IMG/VR virus record: IMGVR_UViG_3300043621_000039
Span: 1-61,890 of that record
Strand: one strand, 5' to 3'
Source: a virus
Taxonomy: Duplodnaviria > Caudoviricetes
DNA: 61,890 bases
Part shown: one piece after another, positions 8,947-18,360 of the stretch
Layout: each line of letters starts with the position of its first letter
Numbering within the stretch: position 1 is the stretch's first letter
The notes under the pieces: generated by a model
Databases searched by the model: none
The model's input: only the letters and a program-made list of their open reading frames with translations
What the model was told of the DNA's origin: nothing
Made by a program: the position numbers and the translations under genes

Positions 8947-9173
8947 CGAATTCTAACCCTGGTGGTCGCGGCGGTCAGCGTCGCCGGATCCAGACCAACA
9001 AGCCGCAAGGCAAGACCTCGCACCGGACCGGCGGGGGCGCCAAGCCTCCCAAGAAGTCCAGCGGTGGCGGCAGCAAGTCGATGGTGGTGATCGCGGTGTC
9101 CCTGCTGGCGGTTCCGGCGACCGTCATCCTCTCGGTGGTCGGGTACCTGCTGCACGGCCACGGCGTGATCTGA
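8943..9173 (+). CDS. Small membrane protein, paralog 2
   Basis: GGAKPPKK, one TM helix, GYLLHGHGVI. Confidence 0.75.
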   Translation: MTNSNPGGRGGQRRRIQTNKPQGKTSHRTGGGAKPPKKSSGGGSKSMVVIAVSLLAVPATVILSVVGYLLHGHGVI

Positions 9174-9174
9174 G

Positions 9175-9363
9175 ATGGCGAAGAAGGCAAAGCCGCCACC
9201 TCACACCTGGGGAGGCAGACCGCCAGCCCCAGGAAGGCATCATGACTCCGGTAGCAGTAGCACCGGATCCCGAACCATGGCCTGGGTGGCAGTTGCCATC
9301 TTCGCTCCCGGACTGGTCGCATTCCTCGCCGCGTTGGGCTACGTCGTGAGGGGGCACCTGTGA
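9175..9363 (+). CDS. Small membrane protein, paralog 3
   Basis: AKPPP, one TM helix, GYVVRGHL. Confidence 0.65.
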   Translation: MAKKAKPPPHTWGGRPPAPGRHHDSGSSSTGSRTMAWVAVAIFAPGLVAFLAALGYVVRGHL

Positions 9364-9454
9364 CCTGGACGCTGTACTTCCAACTGATGGGCCTGATCCT
9401 GGTGTCCGGATTCATGATCGCATTCATCATCCAGGTCGCGAAGGGCGGGAAGCC

Positions 9455-9637
9455 ATGAAGCTTGGCAAGGTGACGACCCGGAAACTGTTGGAGGAGTTGC
9501 GATTGCGTGGCGACCTCGCCATGGTAGCCATGCCGACCACTCCACGCGGCGCGGACGGTGCGGTGCTGTCCGCACTCGCCGGAGCGACGCTGAAGAGCTG
9601 CTGCGACGAGACCTTGGAGGCTCGCCGTGGCGAGTAA
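9455..9637 (+). CDS. Hypothetical protein with a TTRxLLEELRLR motif
   Basis: Motif shared with 16146..16391. Confidence 0.6.
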   Translation: MKLGKVTTRKLLEELRLRGDLAMVAMPTTPRGADGAVLSALAGATLKSCCDETLEARRGE

Positions 9638-10760
9638 AGAGTGCCCCACCTGCTGGTCGCATGACCCCAAGCTCCACCCGGCAACTCAGGCGGAGGGCGA
9701 GGTTACCCACATCTGCCCGGACCCGTTCCATGGCAGTCGCGAACTCGTGCGAGCGGCTGACGCTGCCCAGTACGTCCGGGAGCCGATTCCGGAGGACCAG
9801 CGTGGCCAGATCCGGGTGCGGCTGCTGAACGCGACCCCGGACCCGCTCGGCTCGATCGCAGCGCTCTGCGAGCAGTACAAGGGCAATGTGATCCGGTCGC
9901 TCTCCGAGGTCACTGATGAGCAGCGCCGGGCCTGCCTCGATGACATGGCGTCCACAGTCCTCAATGGGCCGCTGGAGGCAGCCCAGTTCCACTTCCAGAT
10001 CGAGGGCGTGACCCGCTCGATCACGCACCAGATGGTGCGGTCGCGTGCCTCGTTCTTCGCCCAGGAGTCGCTGCGGTTCGCGGTGCCGGAGGGCGACTGG
10101 TTCAAAGAGGTCCCAATACCCGCGTCGATCCATGGTGCGCGGGCGATCATGGAGCGTTACGACGGTGCGCTGAGCGTCAACCAGCAGGAGCTTTCCCAGG
10201 TCCTGATGCTGGACGCTTGGGAGGACGCCATGATCAATGCGCAGACTGCCTATGAGCGACTCATCGAGTTGGGTATGCCGGCAGAGGAGGCGCGTGGCGT
10301 ACTCCCGCATGATATGCCGACCCGGATCCACTGGGTCTGCGATCTGCGGACGCTGCTCGCGGACGCCGGGAAGCGGACCTGCACGCAGGCGCAGTTCCCC
10401 TGGCGGATGATCTTCGCCGGTATCGCCAACACGCTCCGGAGCTACAACGGCAAGATGTATGACTCGCCGGACGGACGCGGTCCGGACAGTTGGCAGTTCC
10501 ACTTGCTGGCTGACAAGCTCCGGCCGGTCTGCTACCAGACCGGATCGTGCGGCTTCATGGCCCAGTTCGATCGGTCCTGCTCGATCCGGTCCCGCGTGGA
10601 TGCGTTCGCAGCCAACGGAATCCCCTCATCGAACTGGGGCACGACCGGGCAGTGGGACGTGGCCGGAGCAGAGCCGGGTACCGACCCGGGAGGCATCAAT
10701 CCGCTGCTGCCCATCAGCAACTCCGAATGGGCGCTGAACCCCGGGGCGGCACGGTCATGA
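9627..10760 (+). CDS. thyX: ThyX-like flavin-dependent thymidylate synthase homolog, divergent
   Basis: PLEAAQFHFQIEGVTRSITHQMVRSR, QESLRF, EEARGVLP, KRTC..AQ. Confidence 0.85.
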   Translation: MASKECPTCWSHDPKLHPATQAEGEVTHICPDPFHGSRELVRAADAAQYVREPIPEDQRGQIRVRLLNATPDPLGSIAALCEQYKGNVIRSLSEVTDEQRRACLDDMASTVLNGPLEAAQFHFQIEGVTRSITHQMVRSRASFFAQESLRFAVPEGDWFKEVPIPASIHGARAIMERYDGALSVNQQELSQVLMLDAWEDAMINAQTAYERLIELGMPAEEARGVLPHDMPTRIHWVCDLRTLLADAGKRTCTQAQFPWRMIFAGIANTLRSYNGKMYDSPDGRGPDSWQFHLLADKLRPVCYQTGSCGFMAQFDRSCSIRSRVDAFAANGIPSSNWGTTGQWDVAGAEPGTDPGGINPLLPISNSEWALNPGAARS

Positions 10761-10897
10761 GGCCTTCCGCTCTGATCGGTACGCTGCTCAGCGCAGCACT
10801 GGTCGTGGCCCTGCTGTGGGCGCTCGGTCCGGAGACCGTCGCGGCCCTGGCGCACGGCATGTTCAGCTGGGTCATCGACTTCATCAACGCACTGTAA
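10757..10897 (+). CDS. Small membrane protein
   Basis: ATGA overlap; hydrophobic helix. Confidence 0.55.
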   Translation: MRPSALIGTLLSAALVVALLWALGPETVAALAHGMFSWVIDFINAL

Positions 10898-10909
10898 GGG
10901 CTGGGGCAT

Positions 10910-11161
10910 ATGGGAAAGCATTGGACCATGGTTATCCAGATGAAGGAAGTCCACGAGTCGGAGCCGATCCGGGACGGCAACCACTACGCGGTGAAGGTCC
11001 CGCAGGGGATCGGCACTTCCGTAGTTGCTATGACCGAGCGCCGGGTGCTCGACCGGCTGGCGCTGACGGTCTCCGCTGAAACAGAGGCGGAGGCCTATGA
11101 CCGGGCCATCCGGCTGCTGGAAGTTAATCGTCCAGCGCCCGGTCCGAGCATCGCGGGTTAA
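10910..11161 (+). CDS. Hypothetical protein
   Basis: ORF in the operon. Confidence 0.55.
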   Translation: MGKHWTMVIQMKEVHESEPIRDGNHYAVKVPQGIGTSVVAMTERRVLDRLALTVSAETEAEAYDRAIRLLEVNRPAPGPSIAG

Positions 11162-11303
11162 CCCATGCGCGCTCGCTTCGAGCGCCGGGCAGCGCCCAGC
11201 CCCTCATTCAACCGTGGATGGAGGCTGGGCGTTGTTGTCGGTGCAGCAGTCCTGATTGTGGCCCTAACGGCCGTACTCCTAGCTTTGGTAGGGAAGGTGT
11301 GGG

Positions 11304-11519
11304 ATGTCTACTCCTGACGACGAGAAGAACCCTGAGGTTGAGGTGCGGTTCCCGACTGAGGAACCTCCCGCTTCGGAAGAGTGGGAAAATGTGACCTGGC
11401 ACTACTCCGACCGGCGAATCCCGTTCCCCTGGGGCCTGTTCATCTTCATGACGCTGCTAGTCGTGCTCTGCGCGCTCGGGATCGGCTGGGCCGGGCAGCG
11501 CCTAGGGTGGTGGCTGTGA
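11304..11519 (+). CDS. Small membrane protein
   Basis: C-terminal TM helix. Confidence 0.55.
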   Translation: MSTPDDEKNPEVEVRFPTEEPPASEEWENVTWHYSDRRIPFPWGLFIFMTLLVVLCALGIGWAGQRLGWWL

Positions 11520-12001
11520 TGTCGTTCGATCCAGACGCCATAGAGCAGTCCAAGCGGGACGCCCGGGAGTTCGGCGGGTTGCAGTTCCGCCACCTCAGCA
11601 AGGAGGAACTGGTTTGGAGGATGTGCTGCGCACGAGGCTGCGGGTATCCCGCTGCGATGCAGATGCCACAGCCCAGGATGAGTAACGATGACCTGCCGAC
11701 CTGGAGGACGCTGTGCAGCCGGCACTTCATCCAGGTGGTATTCCTGATGGACGCGTTCTTGGGCGACCCGTCCCCGGCCACCGAGGCAGCCCGATTCGCT
11801 GAAGCGCTTGGTATTGTTGGGGATGCGCTGCGGAACTGGAAGGAGGACGTGACCGCAGTCTTTAACCCTGCTTCGTCGCGCTGCTCTCGCTGTGGCGGTG
11901 GTTTCGTGGCCGAGACGCAGGGCATGTTCGTTGGTCGTCGGTACGTCCACACCTGTGGGGTAACCGCGCGCGATGCGCGGTCTGCGGGCGACCGTGAGTG
12001 A
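11519..12001 (+). CDS. Cys-rich hypothetical protein
   Basis: CCARGC, LCSRH, CSRCG, HTC. Confidence 0.55.
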   Translation: MSFDPDAIEQSKRDAREFGGLQFRHLSKEELVWRMCCARGCGYPAAMQMPQPRMSNDDLPTWRTLCSRHFIQVVFLMDAFLGDPSPATEAARFAEALGIVGDALRNWKEDVTAVFNPASSRCSRCGGGFVAETQGMFVGRRYVHTCGVTARDARSAGDRE

Positions 12002-12542
12002 GGCCTGGATGGATCCTGAAGCCGCGTTGGGGCTGTGGGGCGGAGAGGACGATGCCTCCTCGTACCAGGTCCTGTCTGTGGATCCGGGTGGCACCACCGG
12101 TTGGGCCGTCTTTTCGGTGCACCCAGACGCCATGGGACCAGACCCGGACATCCCGGTGCTGGGGAACGTCGAGTGGTGGACCGCCGGGGAGGTCACCGGG
12201 AACCAGGACGGTCAGTGTGACGAACTCATTGCCCTGATTGCCGAATGGCCGTCCGCCCGGCTCGTGACGGAGCGCTTCAAGCTCCGGCAGATGAACGCAG
12301 AGCTGTCACCGGTCGAGGTGAACGCTATCCTGCGTTGGGCGGTCCGACCGCGCTATTGGGTGGTGCAGAACCCAGATCTCGCAATGGGTACCGTGACCGA
12401 TGACCGGCAGAAGGCCTGGGGCTTCTGGCTTCCGGGGAAGGAGCATGCCCGAGACGCCATCAAGCACAACATCACCTACCTGAAGCGCGTCAAGGAGCGC
12501 GCCGTGCTCGCGGGAAGGGCGAGGTTCAATGGTAAAGCGTAA
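11994..12542 (+). CDS. RuvC-like Holliday junction resolvase
   Basis: VLSVDPGGTTGWA, LVTE, HARDA acidic triad. Confidence 0.8.
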   Translation: MSEAWMDPEAALGLWGGEDDASSYQVLSVDPGGTTGWAVFSVHPDAMGPDPDIPVLGNVEWWTAGEVTGNQDGQCDELIALIAEWPSARLVTERFKLRQMNAELSPVEVNAILRWAVRPRYWVVQNPDLAMGTVTDDRQKAWGFWLPGKEHARDAIKHNITYLKRVKERAVLAGRARFNGKA

Positions 12543-12720
12543 GCGGCGCAAGGGTTTCTGGTGCACGCAGCGGCTGCACGAGGCTCGGATGGTGGAGGGG
12601 CTAGGGCTCTGTTCGGCCTGCCTAGGTTGGATTGATGACCCCCGGCATACCTCGATCGGCCCGGTCGTGCGGGGCGTATCGTTCGTGCTACGCCTCCGTT
12701 AACGGATCGGATTTTTTATC

Positions 12721-12909
12721 ATGACTCAAACCATTACAGCGCCCGGGAAGCCGGGTAGACCGGCTATCGGTCCCAAGGCGCAGACCCATATTCCGCAGGA
12801 TGAGATGGACTTCCTGCTACAGGAAGCTAGGTCGTTGGAGGTCCCATATGCGGATGTGCTACGGGAGGTCATCGCCGCAGGCATCGCTGCGCGGCGGGGT
12901 GGAGCGTGA
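12721..12909 (+). CDS. Ribbon-helix-helix DNA-binding protein
   Basis: GRPAIG, a beta strand and two helices (YADVLREVI); coupled to the primase gene. Confidence 0.65.
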   Translation: MTQTITAPGKPGRPAIGPKAQTHIPQDEMDFLLQEARSLEVPYADVLREVIAAGIAARRGGA

Positions 12910-15374
12910 CGCGTCGGCACCTCCATTCGGTTCAGCCGTTGTCGGAGGTCCAGCCATACGCGTTCGCCGCTACGCACTACTTCAACGCCGGTTGGAGTCC
13001 TTTGCCGCTGCCACCCGGCGAGAAGTCATGGCCCCCAACGGGATACACCGGCGGTAAGGGTCGCTCGGCGGAGCCGGAAAAGGTGCAGCACTGGATCCGG
13101 ACCAAGCCCAACGGGAACATCGCGCTGCGGATGCCGCCGAACCTGCTGGGGATTGACGTCGATGCCTACTCAGGGAAGGATGGCGCCGCGACGCTCGCCG
13201 CTGCAGAGGCAGATTGGGGAGAGCTACCGCCGACCTGGCGATCAACCTCAAGGACGGATGGGGTTTCAGGCATTCGGCTGTTCCGGGTACCGGAGGGACT
13301 GCTGTGGCCAGGCAAGCTGCCGCATGGCGGAGGGATCGAGCTATGCCGCTGGGACCACCGCTATGTGATCGTCGCACCGTCGATCCACGACAAGACCGGA
13401 GACCAGTATCACTGGTTCAATCCGTTGGGGGAGCAGACTACCGGCGCTGCTGTCGAGAATGGCGAGTGGGAGTTTCCCGCGCTCGATGAGCTAGCAACGC
13501 TGCCGGAGGCATGGGTTGCCGGTCTCACCGCTGGTAAGAAGTGGATCGAGCGGGAAGAGGAGGACCTGGATCCGGGCGAGGTAGCCCAGTGGATCAAGGA
13601 CCGTCCAGATGGTGATATGTGCTCCAAGATGGAGCGCACGCTGGACGCCTGGATGGCGAAGATCTCGGCCGCCGGAGAGGACGGAGGCGCGCACGACGCT
13701 GCGCGGGACGGTGCCTGGTCTGTATTGCGTGATGCGGCGGCAGGGCACTCCGGTGTGCAGCACGCGCTCCGGAAGATCATGCTAGCGCACAAGGAGGCGC
13801 TCAGGCTCCGGCGTCCAGAGTCCTCCGGTTCCGAGTGGGCCTCGATGAAAGCGCGTGGGGTCCGGAAGGTTGCTGCGGAAGGTCCCACCGATGACGATGA
13901 CCCCTGTGAGATGGGGGAGGTCTCGCGTCCAGCCGCGCGTCGCAATCGCGGTTCGGATGGGATGGACTTCGAGCGGGACGATATCGGCAACGGGCAACGG
14001 TTCGCCCTGCAGTGGCGGGATGAGGTCCGCTGGGTGCCGGCCTACGCGTGTTGGTATATCTGGAGAGACCGGGTATGGGAGCCGGACACCACTGAAGAGA
14101 TCGTCCGGATGGCGACCAAGACGGTACGGGGGATGCTGGCTGAGGCCCAGTTCATCGAGGATCTCAAGGAGCGCGCCGCGTTCCGGAAGTTCGTCCGGTC
14201 CTCCTCCAACCGGGGGAAGCTGCTTGCCATGCTAGATATGGCGAAGGGCAACAAGGGGATCACGGTACCGGCGGAGACCTTCGATACCGATACCGGTCAG
14301 CTGGTGTGTCCTAACGGGACTGTAGAACTCCCACTCGAATTCTCCGGAGGCGCGGTGCGCCGGGTGCGTTCGGTCCAGGAGCACTACAACACGATCGAGA
14401 CTGGAACAGCGTACGTGGAGGGCGTGCGGTTCCCAGAGTGGGAGAAGTTCCTGGCCAAGTTCCAGCCGGATGAGGAGGTCCGTGCCTGGCTGCAGAAGCT
14501 GGCAGGGTACTCGCTGCTAGGGCGTAATCCGCGCCGACTTATGGTGGTATGCATGGGAGAAACCTCCACCGGTAAGACCACCTTCGCAGAGGCGGTCTCG
14601 GGCGCTCTGGGGGCGTATGCGGGTTCCGCCAACATGACGATCTTCCGCGACAACCAGGACGAGAGGCCACGTCCAGACCTGATCCGGGTGCTACCGAAGC
14701 GGTTCGTCTACGCGGAGGAGGCCTCGCGGAGCTGGCACCTGCACCCAGACCAGATCAAGCGGCTGACCGGCGGGGCGCCGGTGACCGCGCGGACCTTGCA
14801 GGCCAAGGTCTACGTGGATATGGTGCCGCGCTTCACGCCCTGGCTGCTGACGAACGCCGCGCCAACTATCGAGGGGGCTGACGCAGCGCTCTGGCGACGG
14901 ATGGTGGTGGTGCCGTTTGATGTCGAGATCCCCAAAACGGAGGAGGATGCGCGGTTCGCCGCGTCGCTCGCGACGGGGGAGGGTCGGCAGGCCGTCCTCG
15001 CGTGGCTCGTGGAGGGGTATCAGGCCTACCTTGCGGATCCGGACTCGGTGCAGGAGATCCCGATGCGGGCCGTGGCAGCTAACCGGCGGTTCCGCTCGGA
15101 GGTGTCGGACCTGGCGCAGTGCCTGGAGGACATGTGCGAATTCGGGGATGATGAGTACCGCGTGGAGCCGGCAAAGCTCTATCGCGCCTACAAGATGTGG
15201 TGCGATGAGAATGGGGTCGCCGGGAGGGATGTGCTGACGTCTACGAAGATGGGGAGGGAGTTGACGGGGCGTGGGCATCAGAAGAAAACTTGGAAGATCG
15301 ACGGGCGGCCGATCTGGTTCAGAACGGGGCTCCGATTGCGGCCTGATTGGGCCCGCGTTGTAGGCGCGGGGTAG
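12906..15374 (+). CDS. Bifunctional primase-polymerase fused to a D5-like SF3 helicase
   Basis: GIDVD, APSIH; D5_N (DIGNGQRF, NGTVEL); Walker A GETSTGKT; IKRLTGG; LWRRM. Confidence 0.92.
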   Translation: MTRRHLHSVQPLSEVQPYAFAATHYFNAGWSPLPLPPGEKSWPPTGYTGGKGRSAEPEKVQHWIRTKPNGNIALRMPPNLLGIDVDAYSGKDGAATLAAAEADWGELPPTWRSTSRTDGVSGIRLFRVPEGLLWPGKLPHGGGIELCRWDHRYVIVAPSIHDKTGDQYHWFNPLGEQTTGAAVENGEWEFPALDELATLPEAWVAGLTAGKKWIEREEEDLDPGEVAQWIKDRPDGDMCSKMERTLDAWMAKISAAGEDGGAHDAARDGAWSVLRDAAAGHSGVQHALRKIMLAHKEALRLRRPESSGSEWASMKARGVRKVAAEGPTDDDDPCEMGEVSRPAARRNRGSDGMDFERDDIGNGQRFALQWRDEVRWVPAYACWYIWRDRVWEPDTTEEIVRMATKTVRGMLAEAQFIEDLKERAAFRKFVRSSSNRGKLLAMLDMAKGNKGITVPAETFDTDTGQLVCPNGTVELPLEFSGGAVRRVRSVQEHYNTIETGTAYVEGVRFPEWEKFLAKFQPDEEVRAWLQKLAGYSLLGRNPRRLMVVCMGETSTGKTTFAEAVSGALGAYAGSANMTIFRDNQDERPRPDLIRVLPKRFVYAEEASRSWHLHPDQIKRLTGGAPVTARTLQAKVYVDMVPRFTPWLLTNAAPTIEGADAALWRRMVVVPFDVEIPKTEEDARFAASLATGEGRQAVLAWLVEGYQAYLADPDSVQEIPMRAVAANRRFRSEVSDLAQCLEDMCEFGDDEYRVEPAKLYRAYKMWCDENGVAGRDVLTSTKMGRELTGRGHQKKTWKIDGRPIWFRTGLRLRPDWARVVGAG

Positions 15375-15732
15375 TCGCTCCGCTAGGGGTGGGGGTAGTC
15401 GCTCCGCTACCCCCAACCCAGATACTCAACCCAGATACCCGAGTAAAGAATGTTTTTAGTACCGGTGAGTAACGGCAGAGTTGAAGATCGTTTAGGGGGC
15501 CGGTATCTGGGTTGGTAGCTGAGTTGAAGCTGAGTTTTCACTCAACCCAGATACCGGATGTATTACCTGGTAGAAGTGGGTATTTACAAGATCGGGTATC
15601 TGGGTATCTGGGTTTACGGGAAAGAAGATAGAGATTCGTAAAAAACAGGGGTTCTACCCCGGTACGTTTACGTAGGGGCTAAGTCTGACCGTCAACCCAG
15701 ATACCCAGATACCCCTACTTCGATAGGAATTG
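15368..15732. repeat. Iteron-like repeat array; origin-of-replication candidate
   Basis: Eight copies of ACCCAGATAC (5 forward, 3 reverse), an 18-nt direct repeat and AT-rich tracts immediately after the primase-helicase. Confidence 0.75.
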
Positions 15733-15749
15733 AGTAGAAGGGCTGTACA

Positions 15750-15983
15750 ATGCCAGGTGACAAGCGTGAGGTGGACAGTTGGTCCGAGTCGGAATTTGGA
15801 CTTGGTGATGGCTTTATCGATCCAATTTCGAGGGCTGAAAGGTCGATGCCGCCACACCAGGCATTGGCTGAGATTTACTCGCTGCCCCACAGTTTTGATG
15901 GGTCCAGTGAGGCCGGGATGGTGCCGCCTGAAGAGACGCCGGTGCCTCGGTTGTTGCCGGGTGAGAAGGAGAGCGACCGGTGA
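15750..15983 (+). CDS. Hypothetical protein
   Basis: ATG with a purine-rich leader. Confidence 0.4.
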   Translation: MPGDKREVDSWSESEFGLGDGFIDPISRAERSMPPHQALAEIYSLPHSFDGSSEAGMVPPEETPVPRLLPGEKESDR

Positions 15984-16145
15984 AGGTCAGACGCTGCGCT
16001 GAACTGGAACGGCACGAGCCACACGTTTGGAAGGATGGGTGGCGTGACTTGGATTGCCCCGGGCTGAAGCACAGGTCCACTGTTCGTGGGCGTCCGCGTT
16101 CAAGGCCAGTAGCCGCAGTCTCGCCGCTGGAGGAGGCTCGGCGCC

Positions 16146-16391
16146 ATGAGCAAGTCTGACAAGGTGCGGTCCTCACTGGGGTTCCGCAATGACCAAGCCA
16201 ATCTGGGGCTAGCGACGACGCGCGAACTGTTGGAGGAACTGCGTCTGCGCGCTGGGCACCACCCGAGCCTCTGTACTCAAAGCCAACTGGAGGTCCGGCG
16301 CACGATCGAGGAGGCGCTGGACCTGTACCTGCTGCCTGGCGTGCTGCCGGAGGACTTTCTGGAGTACAGGACCTGGACCCCAAATGGATGA
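16146..16391 (+). CDS. Hypothetical protein with a TTRELLEELRLR motif
   Basis: GGAGG RBS; motif shared with 9455..9637. Confidence 0.6.
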   Translation: MSKSDKVRSSLGFRNDQANLGLATTRELLEELRLRAGHHPSLCTQSQLEVRRTIEEALDLYLLPGVLPEDFLEYRTWTPNG

Positions 16392-16572
16392 GATCGAGGT
16401 GGATATGCAGGGCCAGACGGCCCTGCTTCACATCAAGACGCCGGACGGGCTGGAATGGGTGGCCGCAGCGGTTCTGAGTGAGCTGCACCCAGTCGACCAT
16501 GAGGCACCGACGCGACGGATCGAGCCGGAGGAGGAGTTGCGGTTGATGGAGTTCAAGGTGGTGGTCCCGTGA
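16384..16572 (+). CDS. Hypothetical protein
   Basis: Overlapping start. Confidence 0.55.
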   Translation: MDEIEVDMQGQTALLHIKTPDGLEWVAAAVLSELHPVDHEAPTRRIEPEEELRLMEFKVVVP

Positions 16573-16669
16573 GGTGGATACGGCTCCGATTGCTACGGCT
16601 CCGATTCTGCTGGAGGCACAAGACGTTCTGGACCTACGCTTGTAGGTCCTGCCAGAGATTGAGGTATCA

Positions 16670-17143
16670 GTGAAGTCATCCCACAAGTACTACCTGCTGG
16701 AGTTCAGGCACTGGAGCGCTTGGAAGTCGCTCGGGTGGAGGATCTGGCACCGGACCCATAACCGGTGGATGGACCTTCGCGCAGTCCTGGCGGGAGCGTG
16801 TAACGCCAGGACCTGGGATCCAGAGGCGCAGAGCTATTCCGGCGGGTACCCGCACTGGCGCTGTGGCAAGCGGCGCGGTCACGCGGATGGCACCGACGCG
16901 TATAGCGCGGGGCGGCGGCTGCACCGGTTCCACAACTCTGTGTGGGAGGGACCGGGCCATCAGGTGGAGTACGCGCCAATTCCGGTGCTGGGACTGGAGG
17001 AGCACTCGCGGACCATGGACCAGATCCTGCCGTTCCGCAAGCTCACCAGCTACCGGCACGGGATTGATACCATGAGGCGTGCCAGGCTGGTGCGACGGTC
17101 CTATGAACGGGCGTACGCGAAGCAGCGCGCCGAGCGGTCATGA
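16670..17143 (+). CDS. Hypothetical protein
   Basis: GAGG RBS; coding-like composition. Confidence 0.6.
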   Translation: MKSSHKYYLLEFRHWSAWKSLGWRIWHRTHNRWMDLRAVLAGACNARTWDPEAQSYSGGYPHWRCGKRRGHADGTDAYSAGRRLHRFHNSVWEGPGHQVEYAPIPVLGLEEHSRTMDQILPFRKLTSYRHGIDTMRRARLVRRSYERAYAKQRAERS

Positions 17144-17472
17144 CACCGCGCCGTGAGGCATTCCTGTGGGTTGCTATCGCAGCGGTGCTACTTCTCGCGT
17201 ACCTCTGCGGGGCGGTGGTCTGATGGCGTACGTACCGACTAAGCGCTGCGACAAGCTCAAGCGGCACGACCCGCACCCCTGGACCGAGGACAAGGGCAGC
17301 TTCAAGCGCGAGTGCCCGGGGCGTACCACGACCAAGCTGCCCTCGCGCAGCCGTCGAGGCCAACGAGGAGAGCCAAAGCAGGGAAGTTGAGCCCCGGTAC
17401 TAGCCGCAGTCCTCTGCGGTCGGGAGAATGGGTCTCGAAGGGGCAAACGCCAACCGAGAAGGAACCATAGCT

Positions 17473-17946
17473 TTGAGTAACGGACTTGAGGACCTGCTGG
17501 CCAAGCTTGAGAGAGTCGAGGTGCAGGTCCTGGATCTCAATGGCGGAAACGTCAAGTGCCCGCTCTGCGGTGAGCGCCACCTGGACCGACCGAAGGGTGC
17601 TGGCAAGGTCGACACCAGCCGGGACGTGTTCCGGACGCCGGAGGACGTGCTGTCGCTCGACTCCAGCACCACGCTCGACCTCGCGGTGGGTGCGGCCGCC
17701 GGAGCCTCCAACAACGTCACGAATGGGACGGATGCGAAGCGGGTCAGGCTGCTCCAGGAGCAGGCGCACCTCTGGCTGGCCATCAGCCAGGCGCTCGGCG
17801 AGCGTGAGTGGCAGCGGGACCGACCGAAGGTGCAAGCCGACAAGGACCGCTACGGCAAGTCGTCAGATACTGACCAGACGGAGCAGGTGGATCCGCCGAA
17901 CCAGACCGACGCCATTTTCAACGGCTCGATCCCCCGCGAGGGCTGA
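17473..17946 (+). CDS. Hypothetical protein with a CPLC zinc knuckle
   Basis: TTG after AAGGA; host-like codon usage. Confidence 0.65.
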   Translation: MSNGLEDLLAKLERVEVQVLDLNGGNVKCPLCGERHLDRPKGAGKVDTSRDVFRTPEDVLSLDSSTTLDLAVGAAAGASNNVTNGTDAKRVRLLQEQAHLWLAISQALGEREWQRDRPKVQADKDRYGKSSDTDQTEQVDPPNQTDAIFNGSIPREG

Positions 17947-17956
17947 CCGGCTAGCG

Positions 17957-17987
17957 GCAGTCTGAACGGCGGTTTAGACTGCTTTGT
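17957..17987 (+). terminator. Probable intrinsic terminator or 5' hairpin
   Basis: GCAGTCTGAAC-GGCG-GTTTAGACTGC followed by TTTGT. Confidence 0.5.
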
Positions 17988-18111
17988 GAAGGGGTTGGCA
18001 GCCCTCGATCTTCCTGCTGGTTCCCCCACACAGCTCGAAGAAAAGCCAACGGTCCTACCGCAAGGATCGTGGCGCGCTGCTGGTGGATCGAAGTTCTGGC
18101 GCTAGATGACT

Positions 18112-18224
18112 CGGATCAGGCCCCCTTGGGTGGTGAGCTCAAGGCACGGGACCAGACCTAGTACGCGTGGGACTTCGTGGAGGGCGTACGACCTCCTAGT
18201 GCGGTTCGATTCCGTACGATCCGC
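18112..18224 (+). ncRNA. Degenerate tRNA-like element with a long variable arm
   Basis: CGGATC/GATCCG acceptor; TGCGG-TTCGATT-CCGTA T arm; GGAGG/CCTCC variable arm; no canonical anticodon arm. Confidence 0.45.
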
Positions 18225-18360
18225 GAAGGATGGTGCTCAGCATCCTGGGAAGGGCTCTGGAGGTCGGACCCCCGCAACCGGAGTATCCTGGAAGACCAGC
18301 GCGCGATGGTCACTGAGAAGTTCGTCGTCCACGGTTTCGCGGCAGTGGCTTCGAGCGGGG

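Noticed and set aside
15368-15732. CRISPR array
   Set aside because: Repeats are about 10 nt, in both orientations and irregularly spaced; the Cas4-like gene sits in a recombination module
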